Assembly (NCBI GenBank): GCA_951406725.2
Contig: OX597825.1
Location: 11,098,001 to 11,162,000, forward strand
Reading direction: 5' to 3'
Length of the DNA stretch: 64,000 nucleotides
DNA from: Octopus vulgaris
Taxonomy: Eukaryota
Of this stretch, positions 1 to 13,470 are shown in pieces. The notes beneath the pieces are model-generated. The model had not been told where the DNA came from. It made no database searches and saw only the letters and a program-made list of their open reading frames with translations. Both the position numbers and the translations under genes were made by a program. The first letter of the stretch is position 1, and every line of letters starts with the position of its first letter.

Positions 1-564
1 TGATGTAAGTAATTTTGTATCTTTTGACTACCGTTACTGTAATTTAACATATCAACATCACATTTACTATGGCTTTCAAGTTTATTGTTTCATTTATAAA
101 AGCATTTGTTGTTTAAAATTCTTTTAGAAATAAGACCCTTTGATGATTGTTTCATTTTCTTTTAATATCTTTGTAGGGCAAGGTAAAAAGTGTTGAACAT
201 TATGATTAGAAAACATTCTCTTTTATAAATTTTATTCACATCAGTACACACAGAATGTGTTCTCAGACTGAAGCATTTGGCTCAGATAATTTATGTTTAA
301 TATTGACTTTATATCCCCTGTTCCTTTGGTCTGTCAATATTTGTGAGAAGGTATAATAAAATATCAATTCTTATGATGAAATTGTTTGCTCTGGACATTG
401 ATTTTATTCAGGTATTTTGTTTGGTTGTCTGTTGATTTATTGATAAGATGTAAGTTACATCAAAGTTGTTTTACATCTTTACAAGCTCATTGTTATCTAT
501 TTTTAATGATAAAATTAAATACTGGAAAGATACTTGAGTGTTAAGAATTTTTGTGGTTACTGTA

Positions 565-597
<33 letters not shown>

Positions 598-778
598 GCG
601 ATCACTTAATTGTTCATAAGTCAGTAAAAAAAAAAAGGACACTCAGTACGAGTAACAGAGAGCTTCAGGTAAGCATATCTCTGGAGTCATCAATATTACC
701 AAGTGCAATAGTCATTGTGAAACTGATGGTAATATCCTGAACAGTTGTATGGTATGAATAGCAATATTCTGCTCAACT

Positions 779-883
779 ATGTATGTATGTATGTATGTAT
801 GTATATATGTGTGTATGTATGTATGTATGTATGTGTGTGTATGTGTATGTATGTATGTGTGTGTATGTGTGTGTATGTATGTA

Positions 884-923
<40 letters not shown>

Positions 924-1080
924 TGTGTATGTATGTGTGTGTATGTATGTATGTATGTGTATGTATGTATGTGTGTATGTATGTATGTGTGTGTGTGTAT
1001 GTATGTATGTATGTATGTATGTATGTATGTATGTATGTATGTGTGTATGTATGTGTATGTATGTATGTATGTATGTATGA
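779..1080. repeat. Compound (TATG)n/(TG)n microsatellite
   Basis: Direct inspection; explains the MYVC/HTYI ORFs. Confidence 0.97.
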
Positions 1081-2110
1081 ATAGGTTTGTGTATACGTGG
1101 ATATATTTATGTGTATACACATTTGTGTATGTATGTGTGTGTTGGCTGCCTTATGACCATGTTTTTTGTCCTTGTCCAAGAGTGGGGGTCTTATATTTTG
1201 TTGGTCTCATATGTTAAATATAAATAATCACCACACTCACCCACTTTCCTATCTACTATCTTTTGTCTGCACACGGATGCACACGCACATACACACGCAA
1301 GTTGGTAATACCTTGTCCAACATTTGCAAGATTTTTTGAGCTTAAAAAGTCTTAATGACATGTATCTGTCTATAATGTATGTGTGCGTGCACTTGTGTGT
1401 GAGTCTGTGTGTGCATGTGTACACGATTCTCTGTCTGTGTGTCTGCATCTTTTTTCTGTGTATATGTATAGTGTGTATATATGTATGTCTGTAGGTATAT
1501 ATTATATATCTATACATGACTGTATATATGCATGTATATATGTGTGTGTGTATAAATATATATATATATACACACACACACACATATGTGTAAATATATA
1601 GATATCAATAGGATGTGTTATAATACTATTCCACATATACAATAACAACCATAACAATATTATTTAATTCTATTTGATTATTTATTTAACTATTATTGTT
1701 ATTATTGTTTACCTGAGGAGTGACTATAATTTGTAATTAAATTGTTTTTCGATTGAATTTAAATTTAATTGTAATTTGAATTTAAATTATAGCCATGGAA
1801 TGTACGTAAGTTTGATTTTTAGTGCTCTCAAACTTAAATTTAATGAAATCTTGTGCTGATGAAAAGAATATTGGAATAGGGTTGTATTTCTAGCATCTCT
1901 ATATCCAGTTAACCCAGAAACGCATTCACAAGTGATGAATCTTTCAAGTGAACTTTCGTTATTTTTCCCTCTATACCGGCGTGAAATGTTTTTGAGTATA
2001 CATTATCTGGGAGACTCCTCTTAAAGTAGAAGAAATAGCTAAATTTTTTGGCTGCTACTTCTAAAAGTTTGGTATGTGGTAAAGCAAAATATTTTTGCTG
2101 AACCCTAATT

Positions 2111-2114
<4 letters not shown>

Positions 2115-2187
<73 letters not shown>
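2115..2187. repeat. (TA)n microsatellite
   Basis: Pure TA run. Confidence 0.97.
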
Positions 2188-2189
<2 letters not shown>

Positions 2190-2240
2190 AAGACCATAGC
2201 TCTTCAATATTCTTCCTAAATGCCTGAGAGATTCTTCCTG

Positions 2241-2476
2241 CCATGGTGTGGATGTGGGTTTCTTTAAAATTTAAATAGATCTCTTCTTGTCAGGGGTTCC
2301 AGATGAACCTACCTCTCAGCAGGAAACACAGATGTGGGCAGCATCATCGAACTCCCTTGTTGACCAAGTGCCATGTATCAGCGGTAGTTTCACATACTAG
2401 TGTAGCTCATTCAAGGACGATGCCCCTGCATGGCCTCAGCTTTCGGGCTGAAACATTTTTAAGGATTTAAGGATTT
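2241..2476 (+). mobile_element. 5'-truncated 3' end of a CR1-group LINE with (TTTAAGGA)n tail
   Basis: Colinear with 26739-26959 (HGVDVGFFK..DLFLS.VPDEP, same 3'UTR and tail). Confidence 0.85.
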
Positions 2477-2496
2477 ATATATATATATGTACATAT

Positions 2497-2537
<41 letters not shown>

Positions 2538-2544
2538 TATGTAA

Positions 2545-2603
<59 letters not shown>

Positions 2604-2605
2604 TA

Positions 2606-2703
<98 letters not shown>

Positions 2704-2708
2704 TATAT

Positions 2709-2754
<46 letters not shown>

Positions 2755-2824
2755 GTATGTGTGTTCATATATATATATATATATATATTTTGTTGAATTT
2801 TCTTGTACATATGTATATATATAT

Positions 2825-2857
<33 letters not shown>
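2477..2857. repeat. Interrupted (TA)n microsatellite
   Basis: Direct inspection. Confidence 0.97.
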
Positions 2858-3643
2858 AAGTTGAAAGTGGACTAAATCTTTCATATCCCACCAAGCAGAT
2901 AAGAACACCTTATGTGGGCGAAGATCTTCTTTAGCCTGAGGTACTGGTGTGTCTTCTTTCCCAACCCACTGTCTTCGACACTGAACATCTCTATAGAGAA
3001 CCCATTTCTCATCACCAGTCACTATTTGGTCCAAAAAAGATTCATCTGTGAGATGTGACAGCAAAGAAGAGCACACATTCACTCTCTGCATGTGATTAGA
3101 CTCGCAAAGTTTGTGACCCAATTTGCTGACTTTTCCAATGGCACACAGGTGTTGATGAATGGTTGAATGACTAGATCCAAGCTTCTCTGCTAGTTCCTCA
3201 ATAGTTACAATGGGATTTTGTTCCACCAGGGTTTGCAGGATGTCCTTGTTGAGCTCTACAGATCTTCCAGGATGCAGCTTGTCTCCTGTGCTGTAGTTTC
3301 CAGTTCAGAATTTCTTGAACTACTGCTGATACTGGCTTATGCTTATTATCCAGTTCCCACATACTGCATAAAAATATTCCTCATACTTTCTGTTGCGTTG
3401 TTGCTTTTATGGAACTCATAAAGCAAAATATGCCAAATATGTTCCTTTGTTACTTCCGTTATAGCTTTGAAAAAATAACTGTTAAAATTGAGCTGCACTC
3501 TTCAAAACATGCATTAAGAATAAGGACAAGGTAAAATTACTACCTGATTTTATAGCAAGTCAATGCAGGTAGTTTATCCTGTCCCCCTCTGACTTTTAGT
3601 TCATGCAATTGAAAAAACTGCTTTATCTATGGGATGATCCAAT
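2858..3643 (-). mobile_element. Mariner transposon 5' half with decayed transposase
   Basis: ORF 2765-3226 has HTH (TIEELAEKLGSSHSTIHQHL), IVTGDEKWVLY and [12 protein letters not shown]; mariner-like terminus tattggatcatcccata near 3643; truncated by the TA run. Confidence 0.9.
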
Positions 3644-4650
3644 ACATAGTTTTGATTTAGGGGCAAATCAAAACAAATAAATGTTCTAAATATTTACTTG
3701 ACTTCTTAATGAAAATAACCATGTTACAGTAATCTGGGGTCTACCTATGTAAATAAGTAGGGAAATTGGAAAATTGCTCTGGAAGAATGAAGGATTGAAT
3801 AACAAGAAAATATCTCTTTGTTGACATATCAGTCCCTCTAATTAGAAAATCGTTCAAAGAAATAATCAAAATATGAAGAATCAGAATTATAAGTAAATGA
3901 TAAAGTGAATATGAGTTTGAAGATTCTCATGATAAATGGAGCATTAGGAATACTAACAATAAACATACCAAGAGTAACAAAATTCCAAACATCATAAATT
4001 TATATACACCATAAAAAAAATGTCATTATGAAATTCAACACACATTCTGTGTGGAGTCCTGTTGTTAAACTCATTAGTTAAATACATTTGCACATGCAAA
4101 AGAACCCCTACTTGATAATAAATAATGATAATAATGATAATTTCCTAATAATGACTTTGAACATAGTCACTGAGACACATATATAGTCAAGGTAGAGGAC
4201 AATCAATTAAATTTATTGCAGTATATTACTGGTATTTAATTTTTCAGCTTTAGAAAGCTGAAAGGTACACTAAACCATTAGCTAATTACCGTTATGAATT
4301 TGTTTCTGATTCTGCTATTAGTGTCTGAATAATAACAAACAATGTAGAAAGAGTGGAAGAAAGTAGAAAAAAACATTCATGTGGAGCTTTTTCTTTGCTT
4401 CAAATTTTAAGCTTGAGATCTGGGGAACTTTTCAAACATTAAAATGAAAAAATATGTAAACAACAACTTTTGTTGAACTACCTAACTAATTTCATTATGT
4501 TAAAAAAATAAAATGGAAAAGAAAAATGTAATTAAAAGATATTGAAAAGGAGTTAATTATCATTAACTGTATGTTTCAACTTTATTTCAGGTTTCAGGCT
4601 CTTGTTTATTACTCAAACTAATAATTCAAAATTTTATTAGGTGCTTGCTA

Positions 4651-4812
4651 TGTTGCTGTTTTGCCCTGATCAAGCTGACCTATAACTGGACATTCCAACT
4701 ATACCCAGCCCACATTGTAGGCACATTAGATAATGTGGATGTGATCAATGGAAGATTTGGCTGCTATTTCTAATAGACTGAGTTTTTACATAGAGGCTCT
4801 CTTGTTAGCTTG
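4651..4812 (-). repeat. Old unclassified interspersed repeat (likely SINE 3' part)
   Basis: Reverse-complement similarity to 8320-8495 and 35812-35985 (tagcagccaaatct...gatcagggc...aaacagc). Confidence 0.55.
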
Positions 4813-5593
4813 CAGATACATTTGCCATTTGCTTTTCTTGGTGGAGTAGCTAGTTGAATATTGTAATATCACATCATGAGTTTATATGAAGCATGGGTGT
4901 TTTGTTGTCTCGAGACTGGGTACTGAAATCTACAAGTTTCACCTCACCCAGCTATTGAGAGTATATATTGAATCTTTTGTGAATATTACCTACAAATAGA
5001 TAAGTGGTCTAGTAGCTGGGTATTTATCTCTCATCTGCCTAATTTTTCTTGTTCATGGAGACTTTTATCTTTAACTTTATTACTTTTCATCTGTTAGGAT
5101 TGAGATATAATTCAGAATTGCAGTGTACTACCTTTGATAAAAATACTTTACTCTGAAAGAGATGAAGTGTAGATGTTTGTTTATGGGATGCTTTTCTTGA
5201 AATTTTATTGATAGTTAAATAATTGTTGGTGTTGGTCCAAATAAGTAGGCACCGTACATAAAAACTAGTTTGTAGATTAACTAAAGAAAGAGGTTTCTGT
5301 GAAGTTTGTATGTGTAATATTTAATTAATTCCTTAACTTATGTTTGTTATACTATTCATAAGACTTTAGCTTGGAAGATTTATTAACCATTTTATTTTGA
5401 TTTTGTTCAGTTGAAAAGAATGAACAAATGCCATTATTTTGTATTGTATTTAGAAGTATAGAAGTTACATATTTTTAGTTATAAATAAATACTTCTCACT
5501 AGAGCCATATGAAAGTAATCATCTCGCTTGTTTTTTTTTTTTTGTCAGTAGCTTTTGTTAATAGATAAAATAATTATTAATGATTGTGTGTGT

Positions 5594-6377
5594 ATGAGGG
5601 GGTACCCAAAAGAAACTAGAATTCTGCAATATTATTTTATTCACTTACTTTTAAATGTTTACATTTTTATCCCCTTCAAAGCATTCTCCATTTAAAGCAA
5701 TGCATTGGTCCAGATGCATTTTCCACTATTTGGAGCAGTCCTGGATCTCTTGTGAAGTGATGCACTTTAACGCCTCCATCGTTTTTTTCTTCACCTCTTC
5801 CACAGCTACAAAATGTTTCCTTTTAAGGACTTTTTTCCATTCAGAGGAACAAAAAAAAGTTGCAAGGTGCAAGATCAGGTAAAAAGGAAGGGTGTGTAAG
5901 CGAGGTCATGCCATTTTTGGTCAAAAACTGTCTCACATTCAAGGCCAGGTGTGCAGACGCATTGTGGTAATGAAGCCACCATTCTCCACTTTTCCACGGG
6001 TTGGGCATTTTCAACTCACTGCATCTCACAAACACTTCAGACTGTCCAAGTAAAATGTCTGGTTAATAGTTTGACCAGGAGGAACAAATTCTGTGTGGAT
6101 AATTCCTTTTGCATCGATGAAACAAAATCACCATCATCATATTGGACTTCACTTGATGCACTTTTTGGGGGCCTGGTGACATTCAATGCTTCCATTCACT
6201 TGATTGCTGCTTCATTTCTGGGTCGTAGCCATAGCACCAGCTTTCATCACCAGTGATGACCTTTGAAAAATGATCTGAATTAACTTCCAACTGTTCTTTC
6301 AGTTCACAACAACTGCTTTTGATCTTTTGTTAACAAGTGAGGCACAAATTTTGATGCAATTCTTTTCATTTGCAACT
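5594..6377 (-). mobile_element. Decayed mariner transposon 3' half
   Basis: Minus-strand motifs KFVPHLLT, WWLHYHNASAH and HPSFLPDLAPCNFFLF (cf. HPPYSPDLAP.DF); terminus tatgagggggtacccaaaa. Confidence 0.88.
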
Positions 6378-6935
6378 CATCATCATTGTTTGGCATGGGT
6401 TGGACAGTTTGACTGGAGACTAGCAAGCCAGGAGGCCTCACCAGGCTGGCATTGACCATGTTTGGATGGTGCTTTTTGCATACCACTGGCATGGGAAGCC
6501 AGTCAGGTGGCATTGGCAAGTGAAATCGCGGTCATGGCTGATGCTGGTGTCACATAACTGGCATGTAAAAAGCACCTTTCAAGCATTGGGCCTCACAGAA
6601 GCAAAGTGGCTGAGCTCCTTTCAAGTGTTGGGCCTTACAGAGGCAATGACTGGAACCTTTGGCATTATGTCATACTTGAGAAGAAGACCCATCAAGCTGA
6701 GCAAAATCACAGTCATGGCAGAGACTGGTGTCACGCAAATGGCACCTGTGCCGGTGGCACATAAAAGCACCCATTACACTCTCAGAGTGGTTGGCATTAG
6801 GAAGGGCATCCAGCTGTAGAAACTATGCCAAATCAGACTGGAGACTGGTGCAGCCTTCCAGCTTGCCAGCCCTGGTCAAACCGTCCAACTCATGCCAGCA
6901 TGAACAATGGATGTTAAATGATTATGATGATAATG
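6378..6935. mobile_element. Two divergent copies of the RTE-tailed SINE-like family C
   Basis: (CAT)n tail on the left (minus copy), (GAT)n tail on the right (plus copy); core ggttggcattaggaagggcatccagctgtagaaac. Confidence 0.8.
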
Positions 6936-6947
6936 TTGATATAATTA

Positions 6948-6983
<36 letters not shown>

Positions 6984-6987
<4 letters not shown>

Positions 6988-7520
6988 TAGGGGAAATAAA
7001 ATATTAAATGCACTCTTGTTTTTGTAATTTATTTAAGCAAAAGCAAGGGTTGAACAGTTACATCATTTTTTTTAGCAGTCTCCTTGCTTTTAGATGCACT
7101 TCTTCCAGTCGTCTACAATCTTGCTTATTCCATCAAAGAAGGTTTTCGGCTGGTAGCACTGCCATTCATGCACTGCTTCCTGTGCTTCTTCAGCAAATTA
7201 GTAACCTCATAAAGGATATTTGAGTGGTCCAAAGAGGTGATAGCCAAAGGAGGTGGAGCAGTAAGATCTGGACTGTATGCAGAGTGTTCCAGCAACTCAA
7301 ACCCAATTTTTCATTGGTTTCAATGGTGTTGGCATCCGTATATGAGCATGCATTGTTGTGCAACAATTACACTTTGCTTTGACTATAAACTTTGTGTCTG
7401 GTGTGAATTGCTGGTTTCAGTTTGTTGGCAAGCATTTCACTGTAGCCTACATTGGTGACTGTAGGTCCTTTTTTGGGTAATGTTCCAGTATAGACCCTTC
7501 TGCATCCTCAAATATTAATT
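6984..7520 (-). mobile_element. Third decayed mariner fragment (3' end)
   Basis: Terminus tactaggggaaataaa after the TA run; reverse strand reads LEHSAYSPDLTAPPP..HLFGPLK. Confidence 0.7.
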
Positions 7521-8319
7521 GCATTTCTCCAAATTCTTGATTAGTTTCAAAATATATTTGAAAGTATAGGCAATAGATCTCAAGAGAAATATGGTAACAG
7601 AAAGTTAATTTAATTTTAACTATTAAGCTAATTCTCTATTCCATTGATATGCAACAAAGTTTCCATATTTCTTGGCCCAACTTTTAAGAAAGTCTATGGA
7701 AGATTGATCTGATGGGATATTTGAAAACCAATAGTCCAGAAGCTTACATCCTGACATCAGTCTATAATTCCTGTAGCAAAATTACTTACATATTTCTGTT
7801 CCAATCTCCTTAATTTGGCTAAGTACAAATTTTCTCTGAAAACAGTGGTGTTTGTTGGCTTGCAATGTTAAGTGTTTCTGTGAGGAAGTAAAGGGAAACT
7901 GTTTGTACATTATACTCTCGAATCACTTGTACAAAGACTAGGCTTTCAGCTGTTTAACCAGTTTTCAAGTAAGGTTACATGACTGACCATCATCATTTGT
8001 AACCAATGGCATCTATCTAAAAGTGATTCATTAGTACTGTTTGCTTCAGGTGTTGCAACAGAAATGTAAGTTGTCATATGCATACTAAATGGCTATAGTT
8101 ATTAATTGTAACCAGGTCATGATATCACTTTGTGGTTACTTTACTTTGTGACATTTACTAATTTAAAATCTAGAAACAAAAAGGTTGTCTGAGTACTCAA
8201 ACAATTTGACAGAAAGAAATATCACTGCTGCCACCTGTGAGGAGGCAGATATTGATTACTAGTTATAAGCTAATAAAGGAACCTGCTAATAAGCTAATAA
8301 AGGATCATTTGATATACTA

Positions 8320-8495
8320 GAAGTAGCAGCCAAATCTCCCTCAAATCACACCTTCCAATCTTAAGTAAATCAAGGACACAATAGATGATGTGGCCTTACA
8401 TAGTCCTAGAAAGACATGATGGTCATAGTCGAAATGTCTTTTGATTGTAACTGATCTTGATCAGGGCTGATCTGGAGCTAAACAGCAGTAACAAC
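8320..8495 (+). repeat. Old unclassified interspersed repeat (same family as 4651-4812)
   Basis: Shared motifs. Confidence 0.55.
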
Positions 8496-9021
8496 AATAA
8501 TTACTTAGCACTGCAGTTTCTTTCTCTCATTTTATATCTGAAGTTGAGAAAGACTGTGTTTGGCAACAAAAATGCTGCTCGATATTTAAAAATAGAATTT
8601 ATATCTTAGTTGCTTTTGGATTAGTGATAAAAGAAAGTATTATTTGACAAGATTAATTTGACAGCTGGAATTTATTTTGCTTATACCAATGAAAAGAATT
8701 GAGTAGGAAGGTTGCTTTTTGACTCACAGATCATTGCACCATGCACATAACTTGTGGTATAGCCATGGTCACTGTTGTTGTTATCGTTAGAGGTAAAAAA
8801 CGTGGTAACTCAGTAGACTGTTGGATTAAATTATGGGTCTTTACATTCTGAGTTTAAATTGTATCAGGCTGAACTTTTTCTTTCATCTTTCCAGGGCTGG
8901 TAAAATAACCATAATAAATACCAGTGACGTACTGAATCCGAATAAATCAACTAAACTATTTCCCCAAATTTATGGCTTTGTGCATTGGACAAAGCATTAA
9001 TACTTTTATCACTAAATAAAA

Positions 9022-9432
9022 AGGCACAGGCGTGGTGCGTGTGTGTTTAAGAAGCTTGCTTTCCAGCCATGTGGTCTTTAGTTCAGTCCTACTGCATGGT
9101 ACCTTGGGTAAATGTCTTCTGTTATAGCTCTGGATTGACCAAAGCCTTGTGAATGGATTTGGTAGGCAGAAACTGAAAGAAGCCCATTATGTGTGTGTTT
9201 TGTACCCTTGTGTAGGTACCACGTGATGGTTGTAAATGGGAATCATTCTTCAACAAGTGAGGCTGTTCATTTCAGTCTTCTGTGAAAAACATGTCTAGTT
9301 ATGGGAAAATACTACCTTGCTTGGAAATAGGTGAGGGTAAGTGACAAGAACAACCAGCCATAGAAAATCTGCCTCTATTCCATCTGACTCATGCAAGTAT
9401 GGAAAAGTGGGTGTTTAATGATGATGATAATG
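9022..9432 (+). mobile_element. CORE-like tRNA SINE (family B) with RTE-type (GAT)n tail
   Basis: Same head and core as 60007-60432 but a different 3' half ending catgcaagtatggaaaagtgg..gatgatga. Confidence 0.8.
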
Positions 9433-10545
9433 AAAGAAGAGAATTGGTTGAGCATTGGACAAAATACCTTGTGATATTTAAGATGAACTCAGTATGCAAA
9501 CAGCCAGAACAGATACCTCAAGGCATTTCACACAATAGAATGAAATTCTGCCTTGGTACTGATGGATGGAACTAATCACCTGGTCATGAGTGCACTCTGT
9601 TCTAGTAGCAGTTGGCTTATGTGGACAGAGAGGACCACAACCAACATAGGTAAACTAACAAAGACATGTTGAGGCTCCATTCTATAGTGGAACAAAGATA
9701 ACTGAAATTTAAGCTGTATCTTCACTGAGGGTCACATTTGATTTTCATCCTATGAAGTTGGCAAAATAAGTACTAAAGTTGATATAATTAGTTTCCATTT
9801 TCTCATAACTTAATGAATATTATCGTTTTTTTTTTTTAAATTTGGTTTCCGTATTTTTGAAATACCTTCATTAATTTCTTTCTTATTGTGATTCTTAACT
9901 ACTTCAATTAGATTGTTAACAATTCTGTATATGAATATATTTCTGAAATTGCAACAAGAGTTTAAGGTATACATTTAAACTGGACCATTTAAAGTTAAAT
10001 GCCTTTTTAAGAATTCAAGGCAGTTGAGAAGAAATACGAATTTTAGTAGATTTTCCCCAGTTAGCCTGCATCCTCTGACTGAGCCAGCTGTGATTCTCTC
10101 TTCATCATATGTATTGAACTGAAATTTCTATTTGTTCTGTTATACCTTAGAAAAGGGTGTTTGAAGTAGTACTGTCATTTGGTGCTAACACAAGGATAGA
10201 TTCTCTGAAAGAAGTTTAGTTTTATTTTTGGCTTTGCTCTTAGAGTGTGTACGATTACTAAGACTGTGTTAATATTCCACAATTTTGTTTTCTTTTTTTC
10301 TGGTTTTGTATTCAGTTCTTTTTTAATCTGATTGACTAAAATTGTCTTATTATTTGGAAAAGTCACATAAATCAGTATTAAACCCTAGATAAATGAAAGG
10401 AGATAACCACCTATATTATGAGGACTATCTCTTATCGTCTATCTCTGGTATCCTGAACAACAATTGTTCTAATACTTTGCTACACTTTAAGTGTATGCAT
10501 CTACCACTTTTTTCAAATATATTATTTATTTTGTATTTTTTCTTG

Positions 10546-10840
10546 TGTGGAGGTGCAATTGCCCAGTGGTTAGGGCAGCGGACTCATGGTCGGAGGATCG
10601 CGGTTTCGATTCCTAGACCGGGCATTGTGTGGGTTTATTGAGCAAAAATACCTAAAGCTCCACGAGGCTCCGACTGTACTCTTTCGCCCCAACTTTCTCT
10701 CACTCTCTCTTCCTGTCTCTTAAGTAACGCTACGATGGATTGGCATCCCATCCAACTGAAGGGGAACACATATGCCATAGAAACCGGGAAACTGGGCCCA
10801 TGAGCCTGGTTAGGCTTGAAAAGGGCGCATGAATAAAAAA
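10546..10840 (+). mobile_element. tRNA-derived SINE (family D), tail type 1
   Basis: A box (gcccagtggttagg), B box (ggtttcgattcc), A-rich end; head shared with 44147. Confidence 0.8.
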
Positions 10841-11369
10841 GTTTTTTCCTGTAAATCTCACTGTTCCTAACATGTTTGAAAGTGTACTCTGGTGATTTCA
10901 GAGTAAGATTCCAAGAAAGATGTAGGCATTGGTTTCTCAAATGCTCGCACATGCAACATATTTTAGTATATTTTTGTGGGAGACACTGGTCCTGGTATGC
11001 AATTATTAGGCTTTCTGTTTCTCCTTTCAGGTGTGAGTTTTGAAGCCTGGTGAAATTCTGCTGTTTGTCACAGCCTGGTTTGTTTATTTGTTTTTGTGAT
11101 TGTTCATGCTTTAGTTCCCATACAGTGTTTATATTTTCAAGTTATATGAATTTATTTTATTATCTTTTTAATTGCTTCTGTTGCTGTATGTTGTACTTTC
11201 TGTTGTTTTTTTGTTAAATGCTTGGACTTTCTTTTTTGCATACAGATAATGATGCTCATTGTGGATTAATTGCTTTTCTGTATATCTTTCAGTTCAATTA
11301 GTTAACCATCCTAGGAAATCTGTGGATGCATTCTGATGCAACTTACTCAATATTTTTTTACTTATATGC

Positions 11370-11520
11370 ATTGGCGTTAGGAAGGGCATCCAGCTGTAGA
11401 AACTCTGCAAGATTAAGATTGGAGCCTGGTGCAGCCATCTGGTTCGCCAGCCCTCAGTCAAAATTGTCCAACCCATGATAGCATGGAAAGCGGACGTTAA
11501 ACGATGATGATGATGATGAT
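11370..11520 (+). mobile_element. Family C 3' fragment
   Basis: ggcgttaggaagggcatccagc...ggacgttaaacgatgatgat. Confidence 0.9.
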
Positions 11521-11704
11521 GCTCATTGCAGCGGTATAAAGATTTTTTTGTGTGTTTACTGTTATTTGAAACAGAATATTGTAGTCATGGGAGATTATTA
11601 TCAAAACCATGTGCATAGGTTTTTGAAGATATCTCCACCTTACAATTTCTCTTTAACTATAATAAATTATATTATTATTTACAGTCCTAGAGTAGTGGAT
11701 TAAT

Positions 11705-12050
11705 AGAATCATTAGAGCATTGGACTAAATGCTTCAGTATTTCTTCCATCTCAAGATGTCTTGAGTTCAAATCCAGTCTAGGTCAACTTTGCTTTCATTC
11801 CTCTAAGATTGATAAAATAAGTAGCCATCAGGTGGTAGGGGTAAATGAAATCAGTTAGCTCCCACTCCCATCAAAATTGCGGGCTTTGTGCCTTAATTAG
11901 AAACTATTATTTAGAGCACTTTATAACCTGAGTTCAAATTTCACTGAAGGTAACTTTCCTTCCCCTGGTGTCAATAGAGTAAGTACCACTCAAGTGTTGA
12001 GATCAATATATTTAACAGCACTTTTCCCACAAAATTTCTAGTCTTGAATC
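11705..12050 (+). mobile_element. Two tandem decayed Meta-domain SINEs (family A)
   Basis: gagttcaaat B box plus degenerate ctttcat..gataaaataagta..c domain, twice. Confidence 0.6.
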
Positions 12051-13250
12051 TGAAAATAAAACAAAAAAACCCTCAACATTATTACTAACAAATTACACTT
12101 ATATCAACCAGGGTGGCTGCAATTGCTTTTCTATGGCAGTAAAATACAATTATTGCTTTTGTGAAAATATGTTATTTTTTCCTCTCTTGTTAAGAGATTG
12201 AGGTAGGGATGTACCTGCCTTGGTTACATAGTGCTGCCAGGTAGATTTTTCTTTACTTGAAAATTCATGTCTAGAACCTTTATATTGGCGGTTGTTTTAA
12301 TAAGAGGTTGGGTTGTATCTTTATTACTCAACTCACTGTCTTTCATTTGGCAAAATGTGTGTGTGTGTGTTGCTATAGTTGTTTTATTTGGCTATCTATT
12401 TTGTTTAGTTTCTACAAAATAATATTTTCTATCAGAAAATAATTTTTTCTTATGAATTACATGTATTCTGTTTAAAAACTGAATTTATTTTAATTTTACT
12501 ACATGAATACTAAATATATAAGAATATATAAATATCTATCTACCTTCATATATGCATATATATACATAGCACTGTCAACATCAGATGTGCAGTTATTTAA
12601 AAATGACTTTTTGAGTGTTTTCTATGATTTTGGACATTTTTCCTCTTCTCCAGTCTAAATCAGTAACTTGTTTATTTCTCTTATGATAAGCATAACACTA
12701 ATTTTTACTTATAAGCCTTACATTATTCAGACTATATTACAAAATATTTCTTACACCAAATGGAAGTTTGCTTCTACAGTCAAGGCTAAGAACAATAACA
12801 CCAATACCATTACCAAAACAAGCAGTACTTCAACACCTCTAGGTTATTTAAAATGACATAAGTTCTCTTCTCGCTTCACTTGTTCTTTACACTTAAATCA
12901 AGATCTGCTTTGGTTGTATGAAAATGGCTGTGATGACTCTTTTATTGACCATATGAAGCGGATAGAAAAATACCCAAACTTAAACTATTTCATGGTAATA
13001 AAACAGCTTCTGCAACAAGCATTCTTCTTTACGGGAAAAAGTGGCTGCCAGAGAAAGTAATTGTCATTTCAAATCTTATGATGTCAATCAGCCTTCTCAA
13101 AACCTTCAGAACTAGCCAAAATCTGCCATAAGAGAGATCAAAAATAATGTAAAGATACTATGGCACCTTTTGTGACTGATTCAGGAGAGATAACAAAACT
13201 CTATGACTATTCTTCATACCAAGCTCTTGAGAGAAAGCTGGCTACTTTAA

Positions 13251-13470
13251 CCCTTTAGCATTCAGATTCCTCTGTCAAATGTAAAGCCTGTTTAATCACA
13301 TTGTTTTAAATTAATTGTACAGCATCTTGCAACTCTGAGATTTTGATGATGTCCCTGTTTATTTTTAGAATGACTTTGTAGGGTAGGTGTGAGAGGTCAG
13401 AGCTGGCTGGTTTGAGCATAAAACAGGAAGACAATTTTGGCCTGGTATGGCTGGTTTAAACACTAAAGGG
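13251..13470 (+). mobile_element. piggyBac-type MITE (220 bp)
   Basis: TTAA on both sides, CCCTTTAG/CTAAAGGG termini; homologous to 47209 and 52142 copies. Confidence 0.88.

Noticed and set aside
534-1601. ORFs up to 155 aa rich in MYVC/HTYI
   Set aside because: Read-through of TG/TATG microsatellites; not genes
2459-2894. YIYI-rich ORFs
   Set aside because: (TA)n read-through
9270-9345. Twister-like GAGGG end in the RTE-type tail
   Set aside because: Conserved twister elements (UAA, GCCGGUCCCAAG) are not present
10546-10625. tRNA gene
   Set aside because: A/B boxes present but no clean cloverleaf or terminator; continues into a SINE body
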